Shown here one piece after another: positions 47,814 through 57,483 of a stretch of DNA of 64,000 nucleotides. Every line of letters starts with the position of its first letter. Position 1 is the stretch's first letter. The position numbers and the translations under genes were made by a program. The stretch lies in assembly GCA_964614095.1 (NCBI GenBank), contig CAZTJO010000005.1:19731-83730 (forward strand), given 5' to 3'. This DNA is from an uncultured Acidimicrobiia bacterium. GTDB taxonomy: Bacteria; Actinomycetota; Acidimicrobiia; Spongiisociales; UBA11373. A model generated the notes under the pieces. That model saw nothing but the letters and a program-made list of their open reading frames with translations. It was not told the DNA's origin and did not search any database.

Positions 47814-48275
47814 TCAGCAGATTCCGGGAAGCAGACGGCAGCGCACCCGCTCTCGGTAGCCGGCGTACTGAGGGAAACGCTCGATGAGTTTCTGCTCCTC
47901 GAAGCCCGTCTTGCCGTAGAAGAGAGCGGTCAGGACCAGGCCCAGACCAAGACCGGCGAGGTTGCCGTCGACCAGTGAAAGACCCAAGGCGCCCAGCACG
48001 ATCCCGCCGTAGATGGGATGGCGCACGTACCGATAGACACCACCTACCACAAGAGTGGCATCGGAGCGTGGCTCTGGATACGGCGACAGATGCCGCCGCA
48101 ACGCCACCAGACCGCCCCCGGCCAGAACAGCCCCCATAAGGAACACAACAACGCCGCCGGCCGTGGCCGCCCATCCCCAATCCCCACCTAAGAAGATCCA
48201 TACCACGGCCAAAGCACCAAAAAAGGCCAGCTGGGCGACCACCCACCAGCCCCCGACCTGAGCAAAACGTCTCAT
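47814..48275 (-). CDS. Isoprenylcysteine carboxyl methyltransferase / PEMT family membrane protein
   Basis: LV..GVYRYVRHPIY.G, EE..L..RFP.Y..YR.RV. Confidence 0.88.
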   Translation of the reverse strand: MRRFAQVGGWWVVAQLAFFGALAVVWIFLGGDWGWAATAGGVVVFLMGAVLAGGGLVALRRHLSPYPEPRSDATLVVGGVYRYVRHPIYGGIVLGALGLSLVDGNLAGLGLGLVLTALFYGKTGFEEQKLIERFPQYAGYRERVRCRLLPGIC

Positions 48276-48431
48276 AGGCCGGCGACGCTAGCTCCCCGGC
48301 GCCGGAACGCCGGACCGCTATTCGACGGAAGCTGCGGCCGCTGGTCGCCGCAGGTGGAATCCCCAGAACCCCTCAACGGCCCCAACCCGCACCGTTGACG
48401 AAAATCCTTCACGTATACGCCGTGCCGCCTT

Positions 48432-48452
48432 ATTGATATAATACAGCTTAGA
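48432..48452 (+). promoter_or_regulatory. Extended -10 promoter with degenerate HAIR-like site upstream of clpB
   Basis: TG-A-TATAAT at 48434-48442 within ATTGATA-N7-GCTTAGA. Same left half-site as at dnaK; AT-rich patch. Confidence 0.55.
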
Positions 48453-48504
48453 TTTTTAGGAACACTTTATATAAGATCGAGGTTGGAACACCTGAGGAAA
48501 CAGT

Positions 48505-51081
48505 ATGGAGCTGAACACATTCACCCACAGAGCGCAGCAGGCAGTTCTGGACGCACGCGCCGAAGCAGAACGACGCCACCACCAGGAAACCCGGCCCGAA
48601 CACCTGCTTCTGGCACTGCTCGGGCAGGGTGAAGGAATCGTGTATCCCCTCCTCTCCCGCCTCGAAGTCGACCCCGCCGCCCTGCGAAGGCATCTCACTG
48701 AGGCCGAAGAGAGCAAGCCGCGAGTGTTCGGCGATGCTGAGACCGGATTTTCACCCGGCCTCATTGCCACCCTGAAGGCAGCGGACTCCGAGCGCGCCGC
48801 GATGAAGGACGATTACGTGTCGGTGGAACACCTACTTCTGGCCATCTCCGCCGGCGATTCCGCCGCCGGTCAGGCTCTGCGGTCGTTCGGTGTCTCCCGA
48901 GACCGCATGCTCGACGCCCTCGCCTCACTACGGGGCTCGACACGGGTCACCAGCCAAGACCCCGAATCCACCTTCAATGCGCTGGAACAGTATGGCCGCG
49001 ACCTTGTCGAGGAGGCCCGTCGGGGCAAGCTCGATCCCGTGATCGGACGCGATGACGAGATCCGCCGCGTGATCCAGGTGCTGTCGCGGCGCACCAAGAA
49101 CAATCCGGTGCTCATCGGTGAGCCCGGGGTGGGCAAGACCGCCATCGTCGAGGGTTTGGCCGGACGCATCGTCGACGGCGATGTGCCCGAAGGCCTCAAG
49201 TCGAAACGTATCGTCGCCCTCGACCTCAGCGCCATAGTCGCCGGATCCAAGTACCGCGGCGAGTTCGAGGAGCGTCTCAAGGCCGTGCTCAGCGAGATCA
49301 AGGCCGCCGAGGGATCGGTCATCACCTTCATCGACGAAATGCACACCATCGTCGGCGCCGGCGCCGCCGAAGGCGCCATGGACGCCTCGAACATGCTGAA
49401 GCCGATGCTGGCCCGCGGCGAGCTGAAGATGATCGGCGCCACCACACTCGACGAATACCGCACCCGCGTCGAAAAGGACGCCGCCCTGGAACGCCGCTTT
49501 CAGCCGATTTTTGTCGACGCGCCTTCCGTCGAAGACACCATCGGAATCTTGCGCGGTCTCAAAGAGCGCTACGAGGTCCACCACGGAGTCCGGATCACCG
49601 ATGCCGCCCTCATCGCAGCCGCAGTCCTCTCGGACCGCTACGTCACCGGACGCCACCTCCCCGACAAGGCGATCGACCTCGTCGATGAGGCAGGGAGCCG
49701 CCTGCGTATCGAGATCGATTCCATGCCTGAGGAGATAGACGAGCTCGACCGCCGGCGCCGCCAGCTCGAGATCGAAAGAACTGCCTTGGCCAAGGAGACC
49801 GACAAGGCGTCCAAAAGGCGCCTCGCCGACATCGAGGCCGAACTCGCCGACGCCGGCGAAAACATCGACCGCCTCACCGCTCACTGGACCCTCGAGAAGG
49901 AGGCGATCACCAAGCTTCGTTCCACCAAACAGGAGATCGAAGACGCCCGGGCCGAGGCCGAACGCGCCGAACGGGACGGGAACCTGGAGCGCGCCGCCGA
50001 GCTGCGCTACGGCACTCTTCGCCAACTCGAGGAGCGTCTCGAAAGAGACCAAGAGACGCTCCAGAACCTGCAGGCCGAGCTGACGATGCTCAAGGAAGAA
50101 GTTGGCGAGGAGGACATCGCCGAGGTGGTTAGCCGCTGGACCGGCATCCCCGTCTCCAGGCTCATGGAAGGGGAAGTGGAGAAGCTGGTGCACCTCGAGG
50201 AGCATCTGCACCGCAGGGTCGTCGGCCAGGACGACGCCGTCGCCGCGGTCGCCAACGCCATCCGCCGCTCGCGTGCCGGGCTGGCCGATCCCAGCCGGCC
50301 TATCGGCTCGTTCATCTTCCTCGGCCCCACCGGCGTGGGAAAGACCGAGCTGGCCCGAGCGCTCGCCGAGTTCCTTTTCGACGACGAGCGGGCCATGGTC
50401 CGTATCGATATGTCGGAGTACATGGAGAAGCACTCGGTGAGCCGTCTCATCGGAGCGCCGCCCGGCTACGTAGGCTACGACGAAGGCGGCCAGCTCACCG
50501 AGGCCGTTCGTCGCCGCCCCTATTCGGTCGTCCTTCTCGACGAGGTGGAGAAGGCTCACCAGGACGTCTTCAACGTTCTGCTGCAGGTGCTGGACGAAGG
50601 CCGCCTCACCGACGGCCACGGCCGTACCGTCGACCTGAGCAACATCGTGCTCATCATGACTTCAAACCTGGGCTCCGAGCTGATCGATCCCGATCTGCCC
50701 CATGAGATCGTCCGCCAGCGGGTACTGGACGTCGTACACCGTCACTTCCGTCCCGAATTCCTCAATCGGGTTGACGACGTCATGGTGTTCCACCGACTCG
50801 AACACGAACACCTGCGGCGTATCGTCGACATCCAGATCGAACGGCTTCGAGGTCGCCTGGCCGAGCGCCACATCGGACTCGAACTCACTCCTGCCGCTCT
50901 CGATTGGCTCGCCGACAACGGCTTCGACCCCAGTTTTGGGGCCCGTCCGCTGAAACGGCTCATCGATCGTGAGCTGGGAGACCGGCTCGCCGTCGAACTC
51001 CTCGAAGGCCGCGTCGGCGACGGCGGCACAATCCAGGTTGACGCCGACGCCGACGGTATCACCCTCGAAGCCGCCTCCTGA
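48505..51081 (+). CDS. clpB: ATP-dependent chaperone ClpB
   Basis: Clp-N repeats, [15 protein letters not shown]-domain coiled coil, [24 protein letters not shown]. Confidence 0.98.
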   Translation: MELNTFTHRAQQAVLDARAEAERRHHQETRPEHLLLALLGQGEGIVYPLLSRLEVDPAALRRHLTEAEESKPRVFGDAETGFSPGLIATLKAADSERAAMKDDYVSVEHLLLAISAGDSAAGQALRSFGVSRDRMLDALASLRGSTRVTSQDPESTFNALEQYGRDLVEEARRGKLDPVIGRDDEIRRVIQVLSRRTKNNPVLIGEPGVGKTAIVEGLAGRIVDGDVPEGLKSKRIVALDLSAIVAGSKYRGEFEERLKAVLSEIKAAEGSVITFIDEMHTIVGAGAAEGAMDASNMLKPMLARGELKMIGATTLDEYRTRVEKDAALERRFQPIFVDAPSVEDTIGILRGLKERYEVHHGVRITDAALIAAAVLSDRYVTGRHLPDKAIDLVDEAGSRLRIEIDSMPEEIDELDRRRRQLEIERTALAKETDKASKRRLADIEAELADAGENIDRLTAHWTLEKEAITKLRSTKQEIEDARAEAERAERDGNLERAAELRYGTLRQLEERLERDQETLQNLQAELTMLKEEVGEEDIAEVVSRWTGIPVSRLMEGEVEKLVHLEEHLHRRVVGQDDAVAAVANAIRRSRAGLADPSRPIGSFIFLGPTGVGKTELARALAEFLFDDERAMVRIDMSEYMEKHSVSRLIGAPPGYVGYDEGGQLTEAVRRRPYSVVLLDEVEKAHQDVFNVLLQVLDEGRLTDGHGRTVDLSNIVLIMTSNLGSELIDPDLPHEIVRQRVLDVVHRHFRPEFLNRVDDVMVFHRLEHEHLRRIVDIQIERLRGRLAERHIGLELTPAALDWLADNGFDPSFGARPLKRLIDRELGDRLAVELLEGRVGDGGTIQVDADADGITLEAAS

Positions 51082-51131
51082 GGCCTCGGCCTGCGGACTA
51101 GGTTGGGCCACAAGCTCACGAGGGAGAAGCC

Positions 51132-51812
51132 ATGACCCAGGAGCCGCCCGCGCCCCCTGAGGCGCCTTCCGACCGCTATGGAATCATCCTCGCCGCGCTC
51201 GGTGGGATTCTCGTTGCCCTTCTGGCCGCGGTGATCATCATCGTGCTCAATCGCGGAGAGGATGGCGCCACCGCCACCACGACTATCGCCTCGGCAACAT
51301 CGGCAGAGACGACTCTCGCCGATGACACCACCACCCTCCCTCCGACCACCGAAGAGATCACCACAACCGTGGCGGCCACCACAACAACGGCAGCGCCGAT
51401 CACAACAACGCTGCCTCCCTTCTCCGGTGACACAAGCGAAGAATCGGGACCCACCCAGGGAACCCCGACGGGAAGGGTGATCGACATTCGCCATCACCAA
51501 CACGAGGGATACACTCGGGTGGTATTCGATTTCTCACCGGGAGGGATCCCCGGGTACTACATCAGCTACACCGGTCCCACCACCCTGTCCGTTCTCCTCA
51601 TATCGGTGCCGTTTGACCCCTACGAGCCCGGTGTGTTCGATGCATCCGGCGAACACGCAATCGGCACCATCTCGGTGGGCTCCGTCTTCTCCGGGGGCAT
51701 GGGCGGCGGCAGCGGCGAGTGGGAGTTCCCCATAGAGACGACGGGCACCAAGGCGTTCTCCGTCGGCACGATCGACGACCCTCCGCGGCTCTACATCGAC
51801 ATCGCCGACTGA
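51132..51812 (+). CDS. TM-anchored Thr-rich protein with AMIN-like C-terminal domain
   Basis: TM helix, Thr-rich linker, DIR..H.GY.RVVFDF...PPRLYIDIAD. Confidence 0.7.
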   Translation: MTQEPPAPPEAPSDRYGIILAALGGILVALLAAVIIIVLNRGEDGATATTTIASATSAETTLADDTTTLPPTTEEITTTVAATTTTAAPITTTLPPFSGDTSEESGPTQGTPTGRVIDIRHHQHEGYTRVVFDFSPGGIPGYYISYTGPTTLSVLLISVPFDPYEPGVFDASGEHAIGTISVGSVFSGGMGGGSGEWEFPIETTGTKAFSVGTIDDPPRLYIDIAD

Positions 51813-51853
51813 GCGCCCGGCCGGTAGCCTGTCTCCATCGTCAAGGGGAGACC

Positions 51854-52519
51854 ATGAGAGCGAGACATGCAAGGCTGGCCATCCTGGCAATCGCACTCGC
51901 CATCGTCGCCGCCTGTGGGGACGACGACGCCACCACCACAGCCAATGCTGACACCACCACCACCGTCGAGGACACCACCACGGTCGGCGCCGAGACCTCG
52001 ACCACAGCTTCCGAAGCAACCACAACCACCACCGCCGAGGCCACCACCAGCAGCAGCGCCTTTGCCGGTGACACGGGGCCGGAGAGTGGACCAGTGGGTC
52101 CGGGTGTCCTCTCGGCTACCCTCGTCGATGTCCGCTGGGCACAGCGTGAAGAGGGTTTCACCCGGGTGGTCTTCGATTTTGGCGGTACCGCAGTTCCGGC
52201 ATACAACATCCGCTACGACCCGGGACCATTCTTCACCACCATGGGTGAGGGGGGCGGCGAGGTCGCGGTGGACGGCAATACCTTCATCCTGGTGCACATC
52301 ACCCCGGCTCGCCGATTCGACCTGAGCGGCGACAGTGCAGTCCAGACTTACTCCGGGCCCGAGCGCATCGATCCGGCTTCGGCAAGTGTCGAGGAGATCG
52401 TTTTTGTCGACGATTTTGAGGCGGAGATGATCTGGGTCATCGGAGTCTCCGAGCAGAAGCCGTTTGCCGTCGGCACGCTCACCGGACCGCCCCGCATCTA
52501 CATCGATATCGCCGACTGA
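51854..52519 (+). CDS. Lipoprotein with Thr-rich linker and AMIN-like domain
   Basis: GGGGAG RBS, lipobox VAAC-G, Thr-rich linker, DVR...EGF.RVVFDF, FEA...W.IG, PPRIYIDIAD. Confidence 0.8.
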   Translation: MRARHARLAILAIALAIVAACGDDDATTTANADTTTTVEDTTTVGAETSTTASEATTTTTAEATTSSSAFAGDTGPESGPVGPGVLSATLVDVRWAQREEGFTRVVFDFGGTAVPAYNIRYDPGPFFTTMGEGGGEVAVDGNTFILVHITPARRFDLSGDSAVQTYSGPERIDPASASVEEIVFVDDFEAEMIWVIGVSEQKPFAVGTLTGPPRIYIDIAD

Positions 52520-52566
52520 GCGCTCCGCTGCTGGCGGCCCGCAAGGTGGTGTACCTGCCGGGAAGG

Positions 52567-52614
52567 CTACCTTGCAAGGCAAGGGTCCGCGTGCTAGCAT
52601 GCTACACAAGGTAG
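52567..52614. promoter_or_regulatory. Putative PadR operator region
   Basis: Perfect palindromes CCTTGCAAGG (52570-52579) and TAGCATGCTA (52595-52604), flanked by inverted CTACCTTG / CAAGGTAG, immediately upstream of padR. Confidence 0.5.
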
Positions 52615-52630
52615 ACCGCAGAAGGCGATC

Positions 52631-52963
52631 GTGGAACGCAGCAGCCAGCTGCTCAAAGGAGTGCTCGACATGTGTCTCTTGGCGGTGATCGCCGAGGAGC
52701 CCAGCTACGGGTATGAGATGGTCCGTAAGCTGGAAGAGCGCGGGCTCGCCCTGGTGGGCGAGGGCAGCATCTACCCGCTGCTGAGCCGGCTGCAGCGCCA
52801 AGGGCTCGTCGAGTCGTACTCGGTCGAGTCCGCCGGCGGTCCGCCCCGCAAGTACTACCGAGTCGCCGCCGCCGGCCAACGCCGGCTCGGCGAGTGGATC
52901 AAGGAATGGAAGACACTCTCTCAGGGAGTCGACCGGGTCCTCAACGGAGGCAATGATGGTTGA
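52631..52963 (+). CDS. PadR family transcriptional regulator
   Basis: QLLKG.LD.C.L, YGYE, EGSIYP.L.RL, GPPRKYY.....G. Confidence 0.95.
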   Translation: MERSSQLLKGVLDMCLLAVIAEEPSYGYEMVRKLEERGLALVGEGSIYPLLSRLQRQGLVESYSVESAGGPPRKYYRVAAAGQRRLGEWIKEWKTLSQGVDRVLNGGNDG

Positions 52964-53744
52964 CCGGTCCGAGATCGAGACGATCGTCGCCGACTGCGAG
53001 CGCTACTGGCGCTCCACCGGCATATCCAAGCGCTTGTCGCAGGAGATGCGCCAAGAGCTGGAAACTCATCTGGCGGAGGCGGCCATCGCCGGACGTTTGC
53101 CCCGTCAAGTGATCGGCGACGACCTGGCCGGTTTCGCCAGGGAGTGGGCCGCCGAACAGCGGCCCCGCGCCGCCGACACTCTGCCGAGTTGGGATGAGGT
53201 GTTCACAAAGCGGCGTCGGTTCGGCGCCACCGACGTGGCGATGCTCCTGGCCGTGGCGGCGATCATCGCCATCGCCGTGGTCACGCGAGGAGAAGGAGGC
53301 AACAACGGTATGGACAACGAGATATGGCGTTGGGTATGGCTTTCGGCAGCCGTGGTCTTCGGCGTCGGTGAGATGTTCACGGCCGGGTTCTTCATGCTGC
53401 CCTTCTCCGTGGGGGCAATCGCGGCCATGGCCCTGGCCTGGTTCGACGTCGACGCGGCGGTACAGATGATCGTGTTCCTCGCCCTGTCCGTGCTGGCGCT
53501 CGCGTTTCTGCGCCGCTGGATACATCAAACCGAGGGCGAGCAACCGGCCGTGGGCGCCAACAGGCTCAGGAACAAGAGGGCCATCGTCATCGAGGCCATA
53601 AGTCGCACAAGCGGCGTGGGTCGCGTCCGGGTCGACACCGAGTTCTGGCGCGCCACCACCGATGGGGATCCCATCGCCGAGGGCACCGAAGTGCGCATCA
53701 CCGACGTACGCGGAACCAGGCTGGTGGTGGAACCCGAAGATTGA
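52953..53744 (+). CDS. HAAS/DUF1048-like helical domain fused to NfeD-like (YbbJ-type) protein
   Basis: N-terminal E...[11 protein letters not shown]....VIG.D...FA.EW, then TM helices W.W......GE....FF and C-terminal OB-fold GANRL......G.VRV..E.WRA....I..G..V....V.G..L.V. Internal GGAGG + ATG at 53310. Confidence 0.8.
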   Translation: MMVDRSEIETIVADCERYWRSTGISKRLSQEMRQELETHLAEAAIAGRLPRQVIGDDLAGFAREWAAEQRPRAADTLPSWDEVFTKRRRFGATDVAMLLAVAAIIAIAVVTRGEGGNNGMDNEIWRWVWLSAAVVFGVGEMFTAGFFMLPFSVGAIAAMALAWFDVDAAVQMIVFLALSVLALAFLRRWIHQTEGEQPAVGANRLRNKRAIVIEAISRTSGVGRVRVDTEFWRATTDGDPIAEGTEVRITDVRGTRLVVEPED

Positions 53745-53788
53745 TCGATCGCACAGGTATCCACAGACAGAAGGGAGCAAGAAGAGCA

Positions 53789-54703
53789 ATGGATCCACTA
53801 CTAGTCCTACTGATCGTCGCCGCGGCCGTGGTGATAATCATCGCCGCCGCAGGCCTGAAGATCGTGCAGCAGTACGAGAAAGGGCTTGTCGAACGGCTCG
53901 GCCGATACGACCGCACCTTGGACCCCGGCCTGAAGATGATCATCCCCTTCATCGAGAAGATCCGGCCGGTCGACATGCGGGAGCAGGTGGTCGACGTGCC
54001 CCCGCAGGAGGTCATCACCAAGGACAACGTGGTGGTGACCGTCGATGCCGTCGTGTACTACCAAGCCACCGACCCGGTCAAGCTGAAGTACAACGTGGCC
54101 AACTTCATCCTGGCCGCCACCAAGCTGGCCCAGACCAACCTGAGGAACATAGTCGGCGACATGGACCTGGACTCCGCGCTCACGTCGCGCGACACGATCA
54201 ACGCGCAGCTGCGAGAGATCCTCGACGAGGCCACAGACGTCTGGGGCACCAGAGTGGTGCGCGTCGAGATCCAGCGCATCGACCCGCCGCCGGACGTCAC
54301 CCAGGCCATGCACCGCCAGATGAAGGCGGAGCGGGAACGGCGTGCCGTGGTAACGGAGGCCGAGGGCGACAAGCGGGCCGCCATCCTTCGCGCCGAGGGC
54401 GTGAAGGAATCCCGTATCCTCGAGGCTCAGGGCCAGGCCCAGGCCATCAAGGAAGTGGCCGAGGCGGAGAAGTTCCAGAAGCTCACCGTGGCCGAAGGTG
54501 AAGGCCAGGCCATCGAACGGGTCTTCGGAGCCATCCATACCGGCGATCCCACACCCGACCTCATTGCCATCCGCTACCTGGAAGCACTGGCCCGAATCGC
54601 CGACGGCAAGGCCTCAAAGGTGTTCCTACCCGTCGAGCTGACGGGCATCCTCGGCAGCGTTGGGGCAATCAAGGAGCTCTTCTCCGAGGCCGAGACCGAG
54701 TAA
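53789..54703 (+). CDS. SPFH/stomatin (QmcA-like) protein
   Basis: VERLG.Y...[22 protein letters not shown]...G...LD..L..R..IN, WG..V.RVEI..I.PP, QMKAER. Confidence 0.95.
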   Translation: MDPLLVLLIVAAAVVIIIAAAGLKIVQQYEKGLVERLGRYDRTLDPGLKMIIPFIEKIRPVDMREQVVDVPPQEVITKDNVVVTVDAVVYYQATDPVKLKYNVANFILAATKLAQTNLRNIVGDMDLDSALTSRDTINAQLREILDEATDVWGTRVVRVEIQRIDPPPDVTQAMHRQMKAERERRAVVTEAEGDKRAAILRAEGVKESRILEAQGQAQAIKEVAEAEKFQKLTVAEGEGQAIERVFGAIHTGDPTPDLIAIRYLEALARIADGKASKVFLPVELTGILGSVGAIKELFSEAETE

Positions 54704-54719
54704 CCGAGGCTGAATCTGT

Positions 54720-54758
54720 AAGGGTGCTGCGGCACACGTCGCAGCACCCTTTCGTTTT
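54720..54758 (+). terminator. Intrinsic (probably bidirectional) terminator
   Basis: AAGGGTGCTGCG-GCACACGT-CGCAGCACCCTT followed by TCGTTTT, between convergent genes. Confidence 0.8.
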
Positions 54759-54778
54759 GAGGACCAGGATGTCGGATC

Positions 54779-56545
54779 TCAGGATGAAGCGGATCTCAAC
54801 GGATCAAAGACCCCGTTCATAGGTGCTGCGGATTCTGATCCGTCGGCGGCCAGGAGAATGAGCTCAAACGAGGCGCCGCCGTCCCCACCCAGATAGCGGA
54901 GGTCGCCGCCCATCAGCCGCGCCAATTGCCGCGCCACCGCCAGGCCCAAGCCCGCAGAAGCCGGCATGCCCTCTTTGTCGGGCCCGGCTCCGTAGCGCTC
55001 AAAAAGCCCCCCGACCGCCTCGGCGGGCACCCCCCGCCCACGATCCCTGATCACAACCCGCACAAAACCGCCATCGGTCGAGATCGAAATTTCGACGGGT
55101 GGCTCGCCGTGCAGCACGGCGTTGTCGACAAGATTCCGTACCACCTGCGCCAGGCGGCCTCCATCGGCCCACACCGCCCCATTCCCGTCCACTGAGACTG
55201 CGGCGTACCGGGCCGTCGGATGCTGGGCCACGACACGGCGTATACGTCCGGCCACATCCCGTAGGAACTCACGGCGCACCGATACCTGGCCACCTTCCTC
55301 AAGGTGCGCCACGACCAGCAGGTCCTGCACCACACCCTCCATCGACCTCGCCTCATCCGATATGTAGGTGAGCAGTTCCGCCCGCTCGGCGGCATCGAAG
55401 TCGCCGGGGCGGCCCGTCAGCTCCTGGGCAAACCCGAGAATGGAGGTCAGGGGCGTCCGCAGAGAGTGGCTCACCGCGGCCAGGAAATGATCCTTCTGTG
55501 AGTTGAGCGCCACCAGGCGATCCAGCTCTCTGCGGCCACGGACCCGCAGCGCGAGCAGGTGTACTCCATACCCGGCAACCAGGCTCCCAATGATCCCGGC
55601 AATCATGATCGCCATCAGTGTCCAGGGATTCCAGGCCGCCGCGTCCGAGGTCACCTCAACGAGCCAGTCCCTGTCGAGCACCGGCACTATGGCGGCCCAC
55701 CGGCCGTCGGCACCCCCAACGGCCGACGTGTCCACGTCCTCCAGATCGGAGACCGACCAGGTGATGCTCTCTCCCAATTCGCCCGGCGCTGCCGCATCGA
55801 TGACCGCGCTCATGTCCATCGCCACGGCCACCACTCCCTGTCTCACACCGTTGTCTCGGATCACCGGCCATATGACGAGCACTACGTCATTTTGCTCGGT
55901 ACCCACAAACCCGCCCGGCGTAGTAACCGTCGGCTCACCCGTCTCGAGCGCCAGTTCGATCTGCCGCCGGCTCTGCTCATCCATGCCCAGATCGAAGCCC
56001 GCCGGCTCAAAGCCCTCTTCCTCCGACACGAAGTACTGAATCGGGTAGTAGACGTCGCGCTCGATCCTCAGACGTTCCAGGCCGCCGGCTCCATAGAGCT
56101 CGTGGGTATACAACTCGTATCCTGGGTACGCCTCCTGCAGCGCCGCTTCGTAATCGTCCACGTATCCCGACATCACCGGAGCAACAAAAGCCACACCAAG
56201 AATGGATCTGTCGTGATGGAGGTCGCCTATGAACCCGACGTACTCGTCGAAGGTGACCTCCTGGCTCGACCTGAAGAAGGCGGCCACCGACGCGACCTCG
56301 TCCACCGCCTCGTCGACCGCTCCCTCGACGGCAACGCTCAACGTCCCACCGCGCACGCCCAGCAGCTCGGCGGCGCCACGTTTGGAGCCGAAGTAGTACC
56401 AGAGGCCCGAGATTGCCGTGACCAAGAAGCAAACGAACACCACGATGACCATCAGCGTCAACCGTTTGGCGCCTCCCGCCAAGCCGATGACCGACGGCCA
56501 CCGCTGTCGGCGACCAGATTCCATGTAAAGCGGAATATCGGACAC
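54779..56545 (-). CDS. CHASE-domain sensor histidine kinase
   Basis: TM-CHASE (YYPIQY, GFDL, R...LA..G....T)-TM, H box SHSLRTPL, N box NLVDNA, G1 D.G.G, G2 GLGLA. Confidence 0.88.
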   Translation of the reverse strand: MSDIPLYMESGRRQRWPSVIGLAGGAKRLTLMVIVVFVCFLVTAISGLWYYFGSKRGAAELLGVRGGTLSVAVEGAVDEAVDEVASVAAFFRSSQEVTFDEYVGFIGDLHHDRSILGVAFVAPVMSGYVDDYEAALQEAYPGYELYTHELYGAGGLERLRIERDVYYPIQYFVSEEEGFEPAGFDLGMDEQSRRQIELALETGEPTVTTPGGFVGTEQNDVVLVIWPVIRDNGVRQGVVAVAMDMSAVIDAAAPGELGESITWSVSDLEDVDTSAVGGADGRWAAIVPVLDRDWLVEVTSDAAAWNPWTLMAIMIAGIIGSLVAGYGVHLLALRVRGRRELDRLVALNSQKDHFLAAVSHSLRTPLTSILGFAQELTGRPGDFDAAERAELLTYISDEARSMEGVVQDLLVVAHLEEGGQVSVRREFLRDVAGRIRRVVAQHPTARYAAVSVDGNGAVWADGGRLAQVVRNLVDNAVLHGEPPVEISISTDGGFVRVVIRDRGRGVPAEAVGGLFERYGAGPDKEGMPASAGLGLAVARQLARLMGGDLRYLGGDGGASFELILLAADGSESAAPMNGVFDPLRSASS

Positions 56546-56696
56546 TTATCAACAGGCCTTAAGGGGCGCTTAGGAATGAAAGAAGACCGAATCCGCGAGC
56601 TTGTCGCGAAATCAGAATATCACCCGAAGCGTATCTACACCCGCCGACCACCGGCCGTTGCCCGCGGCATCCAGTCCAACACCCAACGTGTCCCGG

Positions 56697-57200
56697 CTAG
56701 CCGACGGCCGCGGTCACCGTTCCCGCCACCGCAACCCGGTCCGGGTGTTCCGGGTCGTAGCGCACATCGACCTCGGCGCCCGGTTTGAGGACAACCTCCT
56801 CACCCGGCTGTACCTGCTTGGTGGTCCGCGCCCGATAGTCGCGCCCGCTGGGCAGGTGCACCATCAGCTCCAGCCCGATCTGGGGACGGCCCAAATCCCC
56901 CAACGGCTTCACTTCGGCCCCGTCGGTCCACTCCTTCACAATGGTGGCCTGCGCCGTGCTACCCCTTTCGAGCAGCCGGCGGGCCAAACGAAGCGGCCGA
57001 TACCTGATCCACAAGGCGGCGACGGCGATGCCAACAAACACCATACCTATGGACAAACCCATCGCACCGGCGCCACCACCGACTCCTAGCGGCCACTCGG
57101 CCTCATGGCTCCATCCGAGCGCATGGCCGATCCAGTAACCGCAGTACCCGCCGACGGCGCCTCCAATCAGGAAGAGAAGAACCCGATACCGCCTGGACAT
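56697..57200 (-). CDS. Membrane protein with DUF3592-like OB domain
   Basis: Two TM helices, L..G..A.ATI, PG..V.VRYDP..P.RVA; GGAGG RBS before ATG 57200. Confidence 0.7.
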   Translation of the reverse strand: MSRRYRVLLFLIGGAVGGYCGYWIGHALGWSHEAEWPLGVGGGAGAMGLSIGMVFVGIAVAALWIRYRPLRLARRLLERGSTAQATIVKEWTDGAEVKPLGDLGRPQIGLELMVHLPSGRDYRARTTKQVQPGEEVVLKPGAEVDVRYDPEHPDRVAVAGTVTAAVG

Positions 57201-57483
57201 GACGCGATCCTCCTTCCGCTCACCGCGGCTCCGAGGTCGGATCAACCTTCAGAATCGTCAATCCACCCGCGCGCTCTCCCTGGCCTCAGGTGTGGTGATG
57301 GCGGCCTCTCTTGCGTGCAGAAACCTCGAGCCGCTGAGGAAGACCGCCGACGTGGGTGACTGAAGATCGCGGTGGTCTCGAACGCCGGGGATACGGTGAG
57401 CCATCACTTCTTCACCCCCATTCTACGCCCCAGACACCGTTACACCCAGTGAAACGCGGGTTGCATGACCCACCTTTCTGCGC

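Noticed and set aside
51262-52070. ACC/ACCACC-rich stretches as a repeat array or CRISPR
   Set aside because: They are Thr-rich linker codons inside CDSs; there is no constant repeat-spacer periodicity and no cas genes.
56576-56788. ORF MKEDRIRELVAKSEY... in the gap upstream of the CHASE kinase
   Set aside because: Weak RBS, runs antisense into the DUF3592-like gene, no motif; more likely promoter DNA.
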